From positions 93,218,519-93,282,518 of the forward strand of contig NC_068981.1 of NCBI RefSeq assembly GCF_001194135.2: 64,000 nt of DNA, given 5' to 3'. A program made the position numbers and the translations under genes. This document shows, piece after piece, positions 13,264-28,306 of this stretch (the first letter of the stretch is position 1; each line of letters opens with the position of its first letter). This DNA comes from Octopus bimaculoides. Taxonomy: Eukaryota. The notes under the pieces were generated by a model. It worked only from the letters and a program-made list of their open reading frames with translations. It searched no databases and was not told the origin of the DNA.

Positions 13264-13889
13264 TATATTTATGTATGTATGTATGTATGTATGTAGGTAG
13301 GTAGGTAGGTTAGTATGTATCTAACCGCTCCAAATATTCAAGCACTCTAATGCTCGGTCGTTAGTTCCTTAGAGCCATAAAAAATATGAATTGCAGATTT
13401 CGTTTGTTCAACAAAGTATAAAACTTTACATATGTGATATATTCCCAAATATATTTTTTTTAAATGCAATTTTAAAACAAACTACAATTTATTTTATATT
13501 CTAAAGAAAATTCAATATATTCAAATGAGTACATTGCCTATCCTCAAATATTATATTCTATAAATTATATGTTGTACTTGAATGAAATATCTGAAAAAAT
13601 ATGATAATCGTACGGTGTGTAGTGATATACATATATATATATATANNNNNNNNNNNNNNNNNNNNNNNNNNNNNNNNNNNNNNNNNNNNNNNNNNNNNNN
13701 NNNNNATATTAACATGCATACATTTATAATACTATCGATATTATCCATGTATCTATGTTATATGTGTGTGTGCACATACAAATACACACGCATGTAAAGA
13801 CGTATATATATATATATATATATATCGCTGTTATAAGGGGAAATATTCATACGTTCGAGCAGACATTCATATAAGTATTTATGATTGTA

Positions 13890-14830
13890 TCTTTATAGTC
13901 CCTCTTTCAGACATGCCATCAGTTACACAGACAGTCACATTTACTCTGTATGCCGACGTCACAAAAAAAAGTACAAGCAGTGAAGGAACTCTCCGATGCT
14001 AATCTTCTACAGAAGAATCTTGATGCCAAACATCAATGGGCTGAAGAAAACCACATACAATTTAATCCAAGTAAATTCCTAGCAATCTCCTATCAGCTAG
14101 CTAATGTTCACATGCCGTAACAACGATACGTTGCACACAAAAGAGTGGCAATTAATAGTTAAGTAGATTGCGTGATCTGGAGATATCAGCCACGACGACT
14201 CGTTTCACGTACATATCACCAAGTTGGTAATTTGCAAGCGAATGGCCCTATGGATTCTCAGGACTTTCAGAACAAAGACCATTAATATATGCCAGGTCTA
14301 TGAAGGATATTTGTTTCCAGTCGTCTGCAATGCTCTTAACTGTGGTCACCACAAATGTCAAATTAATTGCGGAACTTGACGCAGTTCAGTGCTGCTCCAT
14401 CAGGAAGATTGTATCAATGGAACTGCTGAGCTACCGGAAGAGTCGGAAAGAGCTACGATTTCACTCCCTGGTGTGTAGACGGGAGAGGTATGTAGTGATA
14501 TACATATATAAGATCCTGGAGGGGGTTGGCATTAAACTTTAGCATCAAGAGCTATGCTAATTTCTGAACTGGATGTCACTGCACTGTTCCAAATGTTTCA
14601 GCAATCCCTTCTAGAGTGAGGACCATGTATTGCAGTAGATTGGATTCAAGGGCCAGCAGTTATTTGATGTTTTGCAAAAACATCTAGAAGATCTTCATGG
14701 CGTAAGGAGTACATGTTTTCAAGAAACTATTTGATCTCCTACTTTTCAAGGTCCCAGATGAACCAATTTCGCAGCAAGAAACTCAAAAGAGTGCAGTTGT
14801 GTTGAACTCTCTCGTTCACCAAAAATCAAT
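13890..14830 (+). mobile_element. Decayed CR1-like LINE, 3' part (RT core to C-terminus)
   Basis: TFTLYADVTK (degenerate YADD), LRFHSLVCRRERYVVIYIYKILEG, and terminal KVPDEP...NSLVHQ. Confidence 0.75.
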
Positions 14831-15285
14831 CGCATAAGATTCGCTAGTGAAAAGCGATTACACTGGCGCATATACATACAACGCTCAGTAGTCGCTCAGA
14901 AGGAAAAATAACCTGGTAATTTGGTTGCTTTCTCGAATTGCCTACGTAGTCACGTGTACGAACATATATAGCAAGCAAATTCGTTAAGTTTGTGTAGAGG
15001 GTATTAGGCTACTTCTTATTGCTAAGTCCTTTGTCACTTGTGAGCGACTACGTGTCCTTCCAACCCTAACTTCAAGGTATGTTACGTCCTACATAAATAC
15101 GTAGAAAATGGTACCATTCTATGTAAAAACCATTCAAATTAAGAGATAAGATAAGGTAATATTCAGTATTTCCTCTTTTTTAAAGACAAGAAACTAGAAT
15201 TCGAAAACGATTTATCTGGTTGGGTTTGTGTATGATTTTATAGATATTTATACCAATTTGAGCAATCAGCATTTCTCTCAGTCTC

Positions 15286-15324
15286 TCTCTCTCTCTCTCT
15301 CTCTTTCTTTCTCTCTATATATCC

Positions 15325-15388
<64 letters not shown>
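15286..15388. repeat. (TC)n microsatellite (a similar tract lies at ~18290-18388)
   Basis: Direct observation. Confidence 0.95.
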
Positions 15389-15392
<4 letters not shown>

Positions 15393-16553
15393 ACTGGTAT
15401 GTATGTGTGCAAATTAGTATGTATCTGTTACCTGTTGCGTTTATTATATCTTGCTACAATATAAAGACCACAACGACGTTGGTATAGCCTCTGTTTTTTT
15501 TTCCTTATCAAGCAGACATATGATGTAGTGTTCTATGCGTGGCTTATCTGTTCTTTAAAAAGTCAAGGATTACATTCAATAAGTCGTCCTTGTAAAGATT
15601 TTCACCAATGCTATTCTTGAAACAACTCAGACACCGTAATTTGTCTCTTATTTTAGACAGTGTGTATAGTTGTGTGTCTGTATTAGTCAATATGTACATA
15701 TTGTGCAGATTTATGAAACGAATTTCGTAAGTGAACATTTTGGTATTTAAAAGTGAAATGAAAATTTATGAATGAAATTCGGATAGTGTGTAATAAGAAC
15801 AATTTTTAAGGAGCAATAATGAGAAAACCAGAATGGCAAATGACTGACAATGATATTGTAGTCCTTTGCTGCATATATGACGTTAATCTTCTTGTGTAAA
15901 TACATTGTACACAATACATGCAAAAGTACCCCGGCTTTCGATCGCCAACCGGAGAGGTTTGACATTTGTGATGAAAAGAAGGAAGAAAATCGAGACAAAG
16001 AATTATTTTAAATATCATAAATTTATATAATGCAAAAGGTTCACACACACAGATACACATACTCAGTACCATGTAGTCATGTGACAGCTTAACGCAGAAA
16101 GTATATTGAAACATATAAAGAAACATTGCGAAAAATGTGATGGATGTTTATAGTTTTTAACAATAAGTTCAAAGCAGTGCAATATATGAGATCTTTTAAA
16201 ACGTTCTGAAAAAGAAGTAATATTGAATTTGTCTCAACTTTTTTGTTCAATTTCTTTTCATATATAACGTGCCGAGTTATATTTTATTAAAAAATTTATT
16301 ATATTGAATTGTTGTGGAAAAAAATCTCATCTGGCAAAACTATCAACCTGACTCAAGTATCCTGGAAAATTAATATAAGAAAACCGTACACAAGGATAAT
16401 CATAATGGCATACTTATCCTGAAATGTCATTTGTGCATTCAGAAAAAAAGTAATATAGCTTTAAAATAAGGCTTAATGAAGATGCTTGCTACGTTTCAAA
16501 TGTTATAAATAACATGCTTCTGCAAAAATCATTCCATATTTCATATAATGATC

Positions 16554-16604
<51 letters not shown>

Positions 16605-17240
16605 TATGTCTGTTTCTGTCTGTATGTGTGTGTGTGTGTGTGTGTNNNNNNNNNNNNNNNNNNNNNNNNNNNNNNNNNNNNNNNNNNNNNNNNNNNNNNN
16701 NNNNNNNNNNNNNNNNNNNNNNNNNNNNNNNNNNNNNNNNNNNNNNNNNNNNNNNNNNNNNNNNNNNNNNNNNNNNNNNNNNNNNNNNNNNNNNNNNNNN
16801 NNNNNNNNNNNNNNNNNNNNNNNNNNNNNNNNNNNNNNNNNNNNNNNNNNNNNNNNNNNNNNNNNNNNNNNNNNNNNNNNNNNNNNNNNNNNNNNNNNNN
16901 NNNNNNNNNNNNNNNNNNNNNNNNNNNNNNNNNNNNNNNNNNNNNNNNNNNNNNNNNNNNNNNNNNNNNNNNNNNNNNNNNNNNNNNNNNNNNNNNNNNN
17001 NNNNNNNNNNNNNNNNNNNNNNNNNNNNNNNNNNNNNNNNNNNNNNNNNNNNNNNNNNNNNNNNNNNNNNNNNNNNNNNNNNNNNNNNNNNNNNNNNNNN
17101 NNNNNNNNNNNNNNNNNNNNNNNNNNNNNNNNNNNNNNNNNNNNNNNNNNNNNNNNNNNNNNNNNNNNNNNNNNNNNNNNNNNNNNNNNNNNNNNNNNNN
17201 NNNNNNNNNNNNNNNNNNNNNNNNNNNNNNNNNNNNNNNN

Positions 17241-17301
<61 letters not shown>

Positions 17302-18289
17302 AACACATATACACGCATAAACACACATACACACACACACGCACACACACACGCACACACACACACAAACATATATATATATATATAAACAACGTAGTAC
17401 CACTAGGTGTTTTATAAATAAATCTTCCTTTTATATTGACGTTATGCCGGTTTTCACTTATTAGATACTTCCTTTTGATAGAAAAATTTTAACATGACCG
17501 AGTGTATAATAAACGATTTGGCCTATAATCGAGGTTTGTTTGTATACATTTCATTTTGTCGTATAACAACTTATTAACTCTACACGGATTAAAAATAACA
17601 CTGAGTGAGACACAAACAATTGCTTATTTGTTTATGCCTAAACAAGAAACAAACGGTATTAACGACAAGCTACTGAAGAATATTTAGTGTCGCAGTCTGT
17701 TTGAAAATTCAGTAAACTTGCAATGGTATTGAGAAGATAGGAGAAAGCCCACCTTTTGATTTAATGGACAGAATTATAAGTTGGATGTAACATAAATGCT
17801 TTCATACACGCATATCTCACATCATCAGACATGGATTGTAGTCGGATATACAACTGCATATGATGCAACTTTAGAACGGGATGTAGAGGTACCTTGTCTC
17901 TGCATTTTCCAAGGCTCTAATCCATAGAAGTAGGATTCTCAACTGAGAAGCCAATGGGGCCCACGGACTTTATTACATTTTAAGAGTCTTTTGCAAAAGT
18001 ATTATTATTACACTCCCGATAAATTTGTAAAGCCCTCAACATTAGGCGTACGATCGCTTTGTCCTATTTTTCTATATTTCTTCATTGTTTAGATTTCACA
18101 GCATAAATTTGCATGACGTGTTACAAGAGTGACGAGAGACTCGGAAACCATGTTTCGGAATGTTTGTTCACGTTCTCTACGCTTCGAGTTCATATTCCAA
18201 TGATGACACCTTTGCCGATAAATTAATTACTAGTCAACTACTAGGAAAGTGTCTCTTTCTCACTAACTCTCTATCTCTTTCTCTCCCCC

Positions 18290-18390
<101 letters not shown>

Positions 18391-19767
18391 AACTTAGTGC
18401 ATTATGCTGTGAGTTCTTTCCATCAGAAATGGATGAAGTTTAAGTGAATAACTAGTGATCTCTTCACGTAGCAAAACTAGTTAACTACTAAAAATCGTTT
18501 ATTGACAACCATATATGCAGTAGAAAGCAGACAGATCAGAAACTTAAGTTGCATTCGCTAGCTGCTAAAATACAAGATAATCTCTTAAAAAATACAATTT
18601 TAAAATAATGAGGAAAGTATGTTGAGAATAAAAGTGCAAGAAATGAAACGTCATAAAATCAGTAGCTAATCCGCCTTCATTTTTCTTTTTTGCATATGAT
18701 TAAGAAAGATTAATAAAAAAAAAATATCAGAAAACCATGGATATGTACATTGCGTCCATAAGAAAAGTATAAACAAAAAACAAATATTCCAAACAAACCT
18801 GTTTCGATAAAAATAGAATCATTCAATAAAGGAGACAAAGATGCTGGTGGCAATGTTCGAAATTCAGAAAGTTAAGGTGATTCAAATAAAATTCTGAATA
18901 TGTTGTTGAGGGAGATGGGAGAATCAAATTTTACATCTAATAACTAAACCAAGACGGAGACGTCGTTATTTACATTTTTGTACTTGGCAACTATCTGTAT
19001 GTGATATAAATATTTCATATTTTTAGTGTTTTGTGTTTCGGTACTCGATATATTTGATGTGTAGAATATTAATGAATACATAGAAAATACACGAAATTCC
19101 TGTTGGGCTTTTGTTGTCCTTATGTGTATGTCCCAAACTCTGATATATGATGTCTTTCAATGTATAACGGTTGTGTTCTGCAAATAACTTTCTCTACTCA
19201 GTTATCGTTATGAAGTTAATCAGAAGATATCGGTTGTCGTAAATGTAATAAACTTTTAGAATAAGGTTAATTAGAAAGATAAGACGCTGTAGGGAATTTG
19301 GAACATTCATGAATGTATGAAAATGTAATCTGAATTTGTTATTGATGACATGGCTTTATTTAGATGTATAACACAACAGTTATAATCATTGCAGAATGGG
19401 TTGTGAGAATAGATGTAGCATCCGAAAATAATAATATTAAACAGGACTTGCAGAAATAAATTATGTTAATCGAATTGATAAACATTCTACTGAAAAATAA
19501 AACAATAATATATTACCATTAGCATTATATAGTCTTTCAAACATACGTTTTTGTTAGAATAGAGAAAAAAGTTTTTCAGGAGAATAAATAACCGAATGAA
19601 AATCAAGGTTTTATGGACTTCAAATAAGACAAAAATAAATATACAATTTTCTCTCATTCGTTGGTCAGGGGCTATGTGACTGAGTTTTCAGGAACAAGTA
19701 GCGCACAACGTATCCTGAACACCACTGGAATCGGAATGTAACACACCAACAGACAGACAGAAACACA

Positions 19768-19833
<66 letters not shown>

Positions 19834-21065
19834 CATTGTTTTCTTTATATTTTAGTACTATATTATTAGCAAAAACTGAACAAATATTCATTGTCCTAAA
19901 ATCGGTGTAAAAATCCGAATTATCGAAACCATCGCAGCCATGTTCCTTTGCGCAAAAGTTCAAAACTTTGAACAGATTTAAAGCTATAGCTCAGTTGCAT
20001 ACGTGATTCGGTCCAGAAGACCACACAGTGTCAGATTGGATGTGGTCTGCTCTCTGATCTTAGCTTGCAACTCAAAATCTCGGGGAGCTGACATGAGAAC
20101 GAAACCTATGAAAGCCACCTATAGATATTTGCTCGTACAATATAAACCGACCTTCTATACCAACCCCAATGTTGAGTATATAAAAATAAACAACCATGGT
20201 AAAGGTTCCCGTGACTCACTCTCTGTATGATTGCTTCTGTTTTATTTGTGATTGATTTAGAGACAAGCATTAGTTATGGCATCAATCGTATCAATATCTC
20301 GACAGTTACAGTACAAACACTCACGTAGTGACCCTTATCAGAATGTCCTTGCCAATTGTGCAACCACCATTTTCAACATTTCAAAGTTATTTTTGATTTC
20401 ATGAACAGCAACACCAGATTCTCAGACTCCTTGTTGATGGACTATTAAGAAATATTTTAATCAGTTCAAAGACACGAAATACATAAAATAGACATCACAT
20501 GTAATAGAGTCTCCTATAAAATGATGTCAGCTACACCAATATTTTATATCTTTAGAAATCTTATACAGGCTTTCATGGCATGCCGTAAATTGTATACAGC
20601 TAAATCAATATATATTTTAAATATTCCGTTTGATTTTGAAAGATAATTTTAAAGATGTTGCATATTCGAAGTTTGGACAATATATGACCATTTCAAAGCA
20701 TCATTTCTTCTAAGTTCTGATTCTTCTTTATATCTGAATGTGTTATACATTAGATGCCTTTTCAATATCAAACGGGGATAAAGGAATTATGAATCAAAGT
20801 AGTTTCAATGTACATTTCCCCTAATTTTATATATTCTTTCGAAACTTCTACAAGTCTATATTCATTTCCCGATCTCGTGTGTGCGTGAATGCGCGCGTGT
20901 GTGTATGTGCATATGCGAGTGTCTGTTTGTGTGCACGCGTGTATGTGTGTGAGTGAGTGTGCAAGAATATGTATGTACATGTGTGTATATGTATACATAA
21001 ATGTCAGTCAGTGATTTCGAAAATTTTGCTCAATAGATTTTGCCATACATTATATTATTCTAGGA

Positions 21066-21275
21066 AGGCGACGAACTACCAAAAACGTTAGCACGCTTGG
21101 CGAGATGCCTAATAGTATTTCGTCTGTCTTTACGTTCTGAATTCAAATTGTGCCGAGGTCAACTTCACCTTTCGGGGTCGATACATTAGGTACCAGTTGC
21201 ATACTGAGGTCGATCTAATTGACTGCCCCTCCTCCCCAAAAATTGCGGGCCTTATGCCTAGAGCAGTAAAGATTA
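21066..21275 (+). mobile_element. tRNA-derived SINE (abundant octopus-type family A)
   Basis: ggcgacgaacta...cgttagcacg...tacgttctgaattcaaattgtgccgaggtcaac...taccagttg...ccttatgcctag. Homologous to 22130-22310, 40927-41140 and 44505-44712. Confidence 0.8.
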
Positions 21276-22129
21276 TATTATTTTGGTCCATCTTATAAGT
21301 ATGACTTTGTGGTTTCAATATATAACTAGGTTGATAGTTAAATTCATAAAGAATATAAATATACCATCTTTATGCTATGTAAAACTGCGTGGACTATATA
21401 GTTTTGTGGAAGAGAGGTAAGAGAAATACAAAAAACGATTGTTTATGTAGATGGGGAAATGAGTGAGCTAAGTAAATATTGTTCTACTTACGCAAATTTC
21501 AGATGCCTTGTTTAGATTTGAAGATTTCTTTTTGTTCTTAATTTTGTTTTGTTTGGTGTTGGAAATTAGGAATTGTATCATATTGTTTTATTGTGTGGTA
21601 ACTTGAAAGCATGTATGGAAATAAAGGTGTAATAGGTAAAATATTGTACGTAATTTCTAATCCTAAAAGTGCCCTGAACTACGCAGCTTTCAACGACATA
21701 AACTGAAATACTAAACAAAATGACAACGAAAGATTTGAAGTCAGAATAAAACATCTTAATTCTTAAATGTTCATACTTCCCCAAGGTAACAACATATCAT
21801 TATCCAATTTTATACCTACATCTCCATCCAAAAAACCCAACTACAACTGCTGTTGGCATCATTAGTAAGAAAATTATTAATTCCGCCATACCTAATATAA
21901 AAGCGAGCTTTGCCTTACTTAGCTGCCTTTATTCTAAAACAGTAAAGCCGCCAAATCGTATGGTTTGAATGGACATTAATTATGATTAATTGCCCGTTCT
22001 TCTAGTTCGACATTAAGCATTAAACAACTATTTCGAAACAATTTTAGTCCTAGTACTCATTGTAGCTCTGAAGTATGCCGAATCAATTACAGCTATCACG
22101 CATTCGAATAGACACGATATTAGTAGCAA

Positions 22130-22310
22130 GGGAGGCCGCGATCTGGCAGAATCGTTAATTCGCCTGACTAAATGCTTAGCGGAATTTCGTCCATCTTTAC
22201 GTTCTGAATTTAAATTCCACCGAGGTCGACTTTCAAGATTGATAAAATAAGTACCAGTTGAGCTTAACCCTTCCCCCGAAATTACTGGCATTGATGTTAA
22301 TATTTCAAGC
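22130..22310 (+). mobile_element. tRNA-derived SINE family A, internally deleted
   Basis: ggccgcgatctggcagaatcgtta...ttacgttctgaatttaaattccaccgaggtcgact...ataagtaccagttgagc. Confidence 0.8.
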
Positions 22311-23393
22311 ACGGGCAATTCTGGGGTATTTCATAATAATGCATTCTGGATAAAGAAAAACACTTGTGAATTGTTTGGTGCATCTACGGGGTCAAATGTC
22401 ATCAGAATTGTCAGTCATAAGATTGGCTTATACATATAAACAGTACTACGCTCGTAATAACTTCTTGTTTCGGTCTAATTTTATAGTGGGCATGACCCCA
22501 AACATTTTAATCCAACAACCTCGAATACCTAATCACAAACCTGCTAACCACAAACGTAAAATAATTGTAACTGCAACAAAATCCCGGCAACCTTCATAGC
22601 TAAAATCAAAAATATATTTATCTCAAATAAGAACAAGCCAAATATCTAATATCAACGCAAGTAAACTAACGATGACATGTGCCTAAGAAAGTGATGGTGA
22701 ATACAGCCAAAATCACATACTAAACACAACAACTATATTGATCAAACCAGAATAAATTCTATGTCAGGGATGTTAACATACCTACTCCTTGTTATGTACA
22801 TAGACAAAGGAAATACAACCGGAAGTTTCAGTATATCTGGAGTGCGAAGGGAAAGAAAATCAAATATTATCGATATAGCCTGGAGAACCATGCAAAACCA
22901 GGCATAAACGTTTCATGAATGTTCAGTCAGCTTCAAAAATATACCATTATAGAGACTGTTGGCTAGAAAATTGGGACATTTGCAGGAAAATACACATATC
23001 CCGAAGTACTTTCAATTGCACACGGTCTAATATCTAAAGAGAAAGTTTTAGAAGCAGTTTCAATCTAGTAACTTCATACACAATCACATAAAACTCACAT
23101 ACACACATAAACACACGCACACACAAATATAGCCATATAAGTATATGTAAATATATATATATATAATATATATATATATNNNNNNNNNNNNNNNNNNNNN
23201 NNNNNNNNNNNNNNNNNNNNNNNNNNNNNNNNNNNNNNNNNNNNNNNNNNNNNNNNNNNNNNNNNNNNNNNNNNNNNNNNNNNNNNNNNNNNNNNNNNNN
23301 NNNNNNNNNNNNNNNNNNNNNNNNNNNNNNNNNNNNNNNNNNNNNNNNNNNNNNNNNNNNNNNNNNNNNNNNNNNNNNNNNNNNNNNNNNNNN

Positions 23394-23467
<74 letters not shown>

Positions 23468-23485
23468 GCGTACGCCTTGAGGGAT

Positions 23486-24486
23486 TAAGGGATGCTTCTC
23501 TCTCTCTCTCTTTCTGTGTTATAAATACATGGATACAGACGTAGTGGATAACAGCTAGTCTTCAGCCAGACTTTTGGACCCTGTTGTGTTCACCATTCTG
23601 ATTGATAGGTATTGGCGCAATTTGTCTTCTGTTCTATTGCGCGGCAAGATGCAACCCAACCAATTGCAGCCTTCAGAAAAGGTCGCGTGAGACGGTCTTT
23701 TCTGAACCCCAGTTTGAGCCGACAGTATGTTATAAATAGCTAGCCTCTCACCGTCACAGTTTTGTCAGTCTTCTCGGCTTCAAACCTTCTGAGGTCTAGC
23801 CGCTGACCACAGAGCACACAACGAGTTCCAGCGACGACAACAACAGCCACATGGAGACTCAACACTCCACCAGCACCTTACGGCAAACTCAAACTCCATC
23901 TTCGTCGCCTCCAGCTTCTTAGCGTCAACATCGTTTATCTACGTACACACCAACCAACAACATTCACACAGGTTCTATCTCCACACTGTTTGTGAATTAC
24001 TTCACCATGGATAACAGCGATTACAACCTGCGAGAATTTCTGTACCAAGTAACCAACAGCAGCATTGAAGCCACAACTTCTCACGACATCTGCTTCTCCT
24101 CCGGCTCTGCTACGCGGCCTCAACTTCGTGTTACAGCATCTCAGCTACTGTATACCTTGGCTACGAACTGGTATTTATCATCCTTGTGTTTGGACTTTCT
24201 CCTAACGTCCTTATAGACTCTTTCTATGCTCTGAACTTATCGCACACGCATACATCCATTGTTGTATACACATATACTTTGTTTACATGACGGCCTGTCT
24301 ATTATTATGTCTATATGTCGCACAAACAGACACGCAAGTGGACATATCAATAAAATCTTCCCCTAAACCTTCTACCGGTTGTGTCTTTCTTTTCTTTCTG
24401 GCACTTATACTCATTTATCCTCTTTTATTATTTTTATTTATATCGACCGTGCGATGTACTAAAAGAGCCTTGTCGCACGGTCCTTA
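23486..24486 (+). mobile_element. Candidate solo LTR (~1 kb)
   Basis: GC-richer block between microsatellites, with short inverted termini taagg...cctta, TATAAATA at 23731-23738, AATAAA at 24349-24354 and a terminal 10-bp hairpin. No coding motifs; no TSD resolvable. Confidence 0.4.
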
Positions 24487-24591
24487 TATATATANNNNNN
24501 NNNNNNNNNNNNNNNNNNNNNNNNNNNNNNNNNNNNNNNNNNNNNNNNNNNNNNNNNNNNNNNNNNNNNNNNNNNNNNNNNNNNNNNNNNN

Positions 24592-24608
24592 CGACGCTCT
24601 TCCGATCT
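24592..24608 (+). other. Illumina adapter remnant at a gap edge
   Basis: cgacgctcttccgatct equals the 3' 17 nt of the standard Illumina read-1 primer/adapter ACACTCTTTCCCTACACGACGCTCTTCCGATCT and directly abuts the N-run. Confidence 0.92.
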
Positions 24609-26089
24609 ATATATATATTCGTATGTGTGTGTGTGCAAGTATATTTACACGAAAGCACATTGGTGTATAGAATTTTTGAACAGCACATTTCGTATAGATT
24701 GCAGTAATCGATCAGATTTTGTAATGTAGTTCAAACGTAAATACATTAGGAAACTTGAAACTGCAAAGAATTTCTATACGCAAGAGGACCCAATTCACTC
24801 ACTCAGTCAAGGTTCTGTAGTGTGCTTTAGCAAAATACAAAAGACAGATAAAATCTTCTGTATTAACCAGTAAATTTAAGCTATTTAACTATAACCGATA
24901 TATATATTTCCTCTCATGTAAAGACACATAGGCCAATAATCGTTTCAGAAGAAATAAATGTAGCAGTAGAGATAACATAACGTCACTTGGTGTTATTCTT
25001 CTATGAAAAGAGCTCCTTTTGAATCTCAACAAATAAATGATGAAGAAATTCGATTGCATTACGTTCCTATTTAAGTTATATATTGATGGAAACCACATGC
25101 GTACATTTTCTTTTTGTTTCTTTGAAATTAACTGTATTTTAAGTATGTCGTATGTAATAAGTAACCTTAGATATTCCGACTTGGAGAATATTTGATAATG
25201 CAACAGAAGAATTATCATAAAACAGTGCTATATTAAGCAGTATGAAAGTCTACGACAAATGTAATAATATGGATTATTTTGGATGAAGTAACATATGGTA
25301 TATAAAGCAGTCAAATAATGTTTCAATGAAAGCATAGCTATTCGAGTATAGGACGAATGTGACAATTCCATGCCTGAAATCGAAATTGCTATATTGGAAA
25401 TGTCTGTTTCTGTTCTTTTGTAAATATCTGCTAAGAATTAAAGTTTGCTTCTTCTCTTCATTGTATATTTTCTCTCAGTTCCAATCTTCTGCTTTTCGTA
25501 TGATTTCAACTAATAAACATAGAACAATGATTCTTCCTCTTCTGAAGTTGAAGAAGCGCAAGGAGTTCGATAGATTTACGAACTTGTTACCTTATTTTAT
25601 ACTTGTACAATTTAAAATGAACAAATCAATATCCTTTAGAAAATATCCATTTATTGGTATACGTGTTAAAACTAACGGAATTCATGCTTTGGATTTAAGA
25701 GTTAACACCAAAATAAATAAATTCCCATATTATGTAGCAATGGAATCAGTTGTTGTTATCATATTTCCAGAAAGTAATATACATTCCAAAATACTTCAAA
25801 TATATCTAAATGTTTGAGATATAAAGGAAAATGTTTCCAGTAACACATCGGCTGAAACGTTTTTCATCGGGTTAAAGAAAGACGTCATACCTCTGCAAAT
25901 GTAGCTCTCAGTTGTCCGACATTTAGTAAAGATTAATTAAATGGTACAAATATGTATAGTATATTTTTAACATTACACAATCCTTCATTGACTAAGCTCA
26001 ATGTAATTATGTTTCTTTTCACTAGCATAACATTAATACTTATCACATTTATGGCTGCAAACAGTGTTTACGTTTGCCTACCATCTAAA

Positions 26090-27030
26090 TTTCCTACTTA
26101 AACGTTTGTTCCCAGACTTCCTCACATCTCTTTCTCTTATAACGGTAGCTTCCTATGAAACTTCAATGTTGTAGCATGTATAGAGGAAGCCATTTCTACT
26201 CCTTACGATTATCACCTGAGGTATGTCACAACGGATCGGATCTACTTGCTGCCATAGCCCACACTGCTCATTCCCACACAGATAGTTTTACATTTAATTC
26301 CTTTCTGCCTATCTCCAACAACATGTCGTTCACACTCAAAAACACGTACCAAACTCGTGTCGATTCTATGCATAAAGACCTCCAAAATATTCCTCAGCGT
26401 AAAATGCGATCTTGTCATTCTCAAAAATAACAAAAAACACAAATGCTACACATACAAAACAATCATTAGATCCCCAACTTGAGCAGAGAGAGCACACATC
26501 TAGAACACTCGGGATCGCTCTAAAAGTTTACTCAAATCATGAAAAGCAAATACCTAGAACCCCATGAGATTACTATCCCTTATCACTTTCCAGATCAGGT
26601 CCCACCTATTATTCTACAAATCTCAGGTGAGAAGCGAATGGACTATAACTCTGGCATATGGAACATTTTTGCTGCTGCACACACATACATACAGTACGGC
26701 ATCCAGAAACATAGTCGCCCGAAGCATGTACTTGCTTCAACCTCCGTTTCGCAGGTATATAATCACCAAAATCTACATTTTCTATCCCATACATAATTCC
26801 CCCTGTTCCTCAGAGCAAACGCGGCTTGAGAAGCATCTACTCACACACACTCAGCCATATAGAACCCGGTACATGTTCAAGTCTTTCCCACAGGAATTCA
26901 ATTGGAACGAATCAGTAGAAACAGCGCACGTGGGCATGAATTTGATCGGTCTCAGAGAAATGTGAGAGCTGCAAATTCTTTGGCATTGTAAGTTAAGGCT
27001 GACACACTTGACTGAACAAGTCCAGAATAT
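26090..27030 (-). mobile_element. Possible highly decayed L1/Tx1-like LINE 3' region
   Basis: Minus-strand fragments FLWERL, RWDLIWKVI and MCALSAQVGDL resemble L1-clade C-terminal and cysteine-rich motifs. Many stops. Confidence 0.3.
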
Positions 27031-28234
27031 CAAAGCTCTGAAGGTTTTATGTGAGAGTGTTTGCAGAGAATACGCATGATTAAGTTTATAACCTTTTGTA
27101 CGTTTCCCGCTATGTAAACCAAGATAGACAACTACTGATTAGAAATACGGGGTAGTCACAGAGATAATCACATTGGTAGTAGGTAAAACGACAAGAACAA
27201 TACCAGCAACAGTCATATACCCTATATAGAGCTCAATATGGAGGTTTCTGTGAGCCACCTACTTATGGACAAATACCGAAGATCCAATATGCCAAGTGTA
27301 TTTAATTTAGTTGGAGAATAAAATTGGGATACAAACATATTCAGAATCTATTTACTCTCTGTCGTAGTTTAGGAAATAGATGGTTGAGCGATCGTTTGCA
27401 TGTGTTGTAAATTGATAATACATATAATGACAGCATTATTCTCGTTTACATTGCAAATTTAAAAAGTGAATGATATATTCTGAAATATTTAACTATTAAT
27501 CTTTACTAAACCTTATTACATATCGGCAGCGTCGAATCTATCAGAAATATATAGTTACTTTCTAAGCGTAATACCGGTGAAGTAGGATAGGACAAAGGAA
27601 TTTCGTTGCCTATTAGACAACGAGGCAGAAATGAATGCAGTGGGGCATGATATACAAAAATAGAATTAAATTTGGCAATATTGCCTTAAATTCCAGAATA
27701 AAAAGACTGAGATTTTAAATACCGTAGTTAATATACGAATACATACATAGAAATATGGATATATAGACACACGCAGATGTATATGTATCTATATATGTAT
27801 GTGTTTTTATTAGTATATATACATACATATATATTATATATGCATGCACATATATATTTTATATATACATACACACACACATATATATATGTACGCACAT
27901 ATATTTATGAACATGTGTGTGTCCGTTTGTATACACACATAGGCGTATGGTATTCGTACAATTAAGTTTCTAAAATAAACTGACGATGACCAGATTGTAA
28001 ATCAATGTCATTGTACCCTATATGGAAGTTAAGGCTGACGTCAATACATTTCTAAGTTGATTAATATAGAAGGTAATTTGATTAAGTTCTTATCAATAAT
28101 ATGATAATATAATTAGTGTTTCCCCAATTATAAAATAGTTTAACGTATATTGTGAAAACTAAATTAATGCAGGAATAGCTTCCTCGATATGAATAACTAA
28201 AAATCATTAGTAATGATCGCTCATTTGCATATGT

Positions 28235-28237
<3 letters not shown>

Positions 28238-28306
<69 letters not shown>

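Noticed and set aside
25359-25817. 152-aa ORF
   Set aside because: F/I/K-rich composition typical of AT-rich noncoding DNA, no recognisable domain and a non-ATG start.
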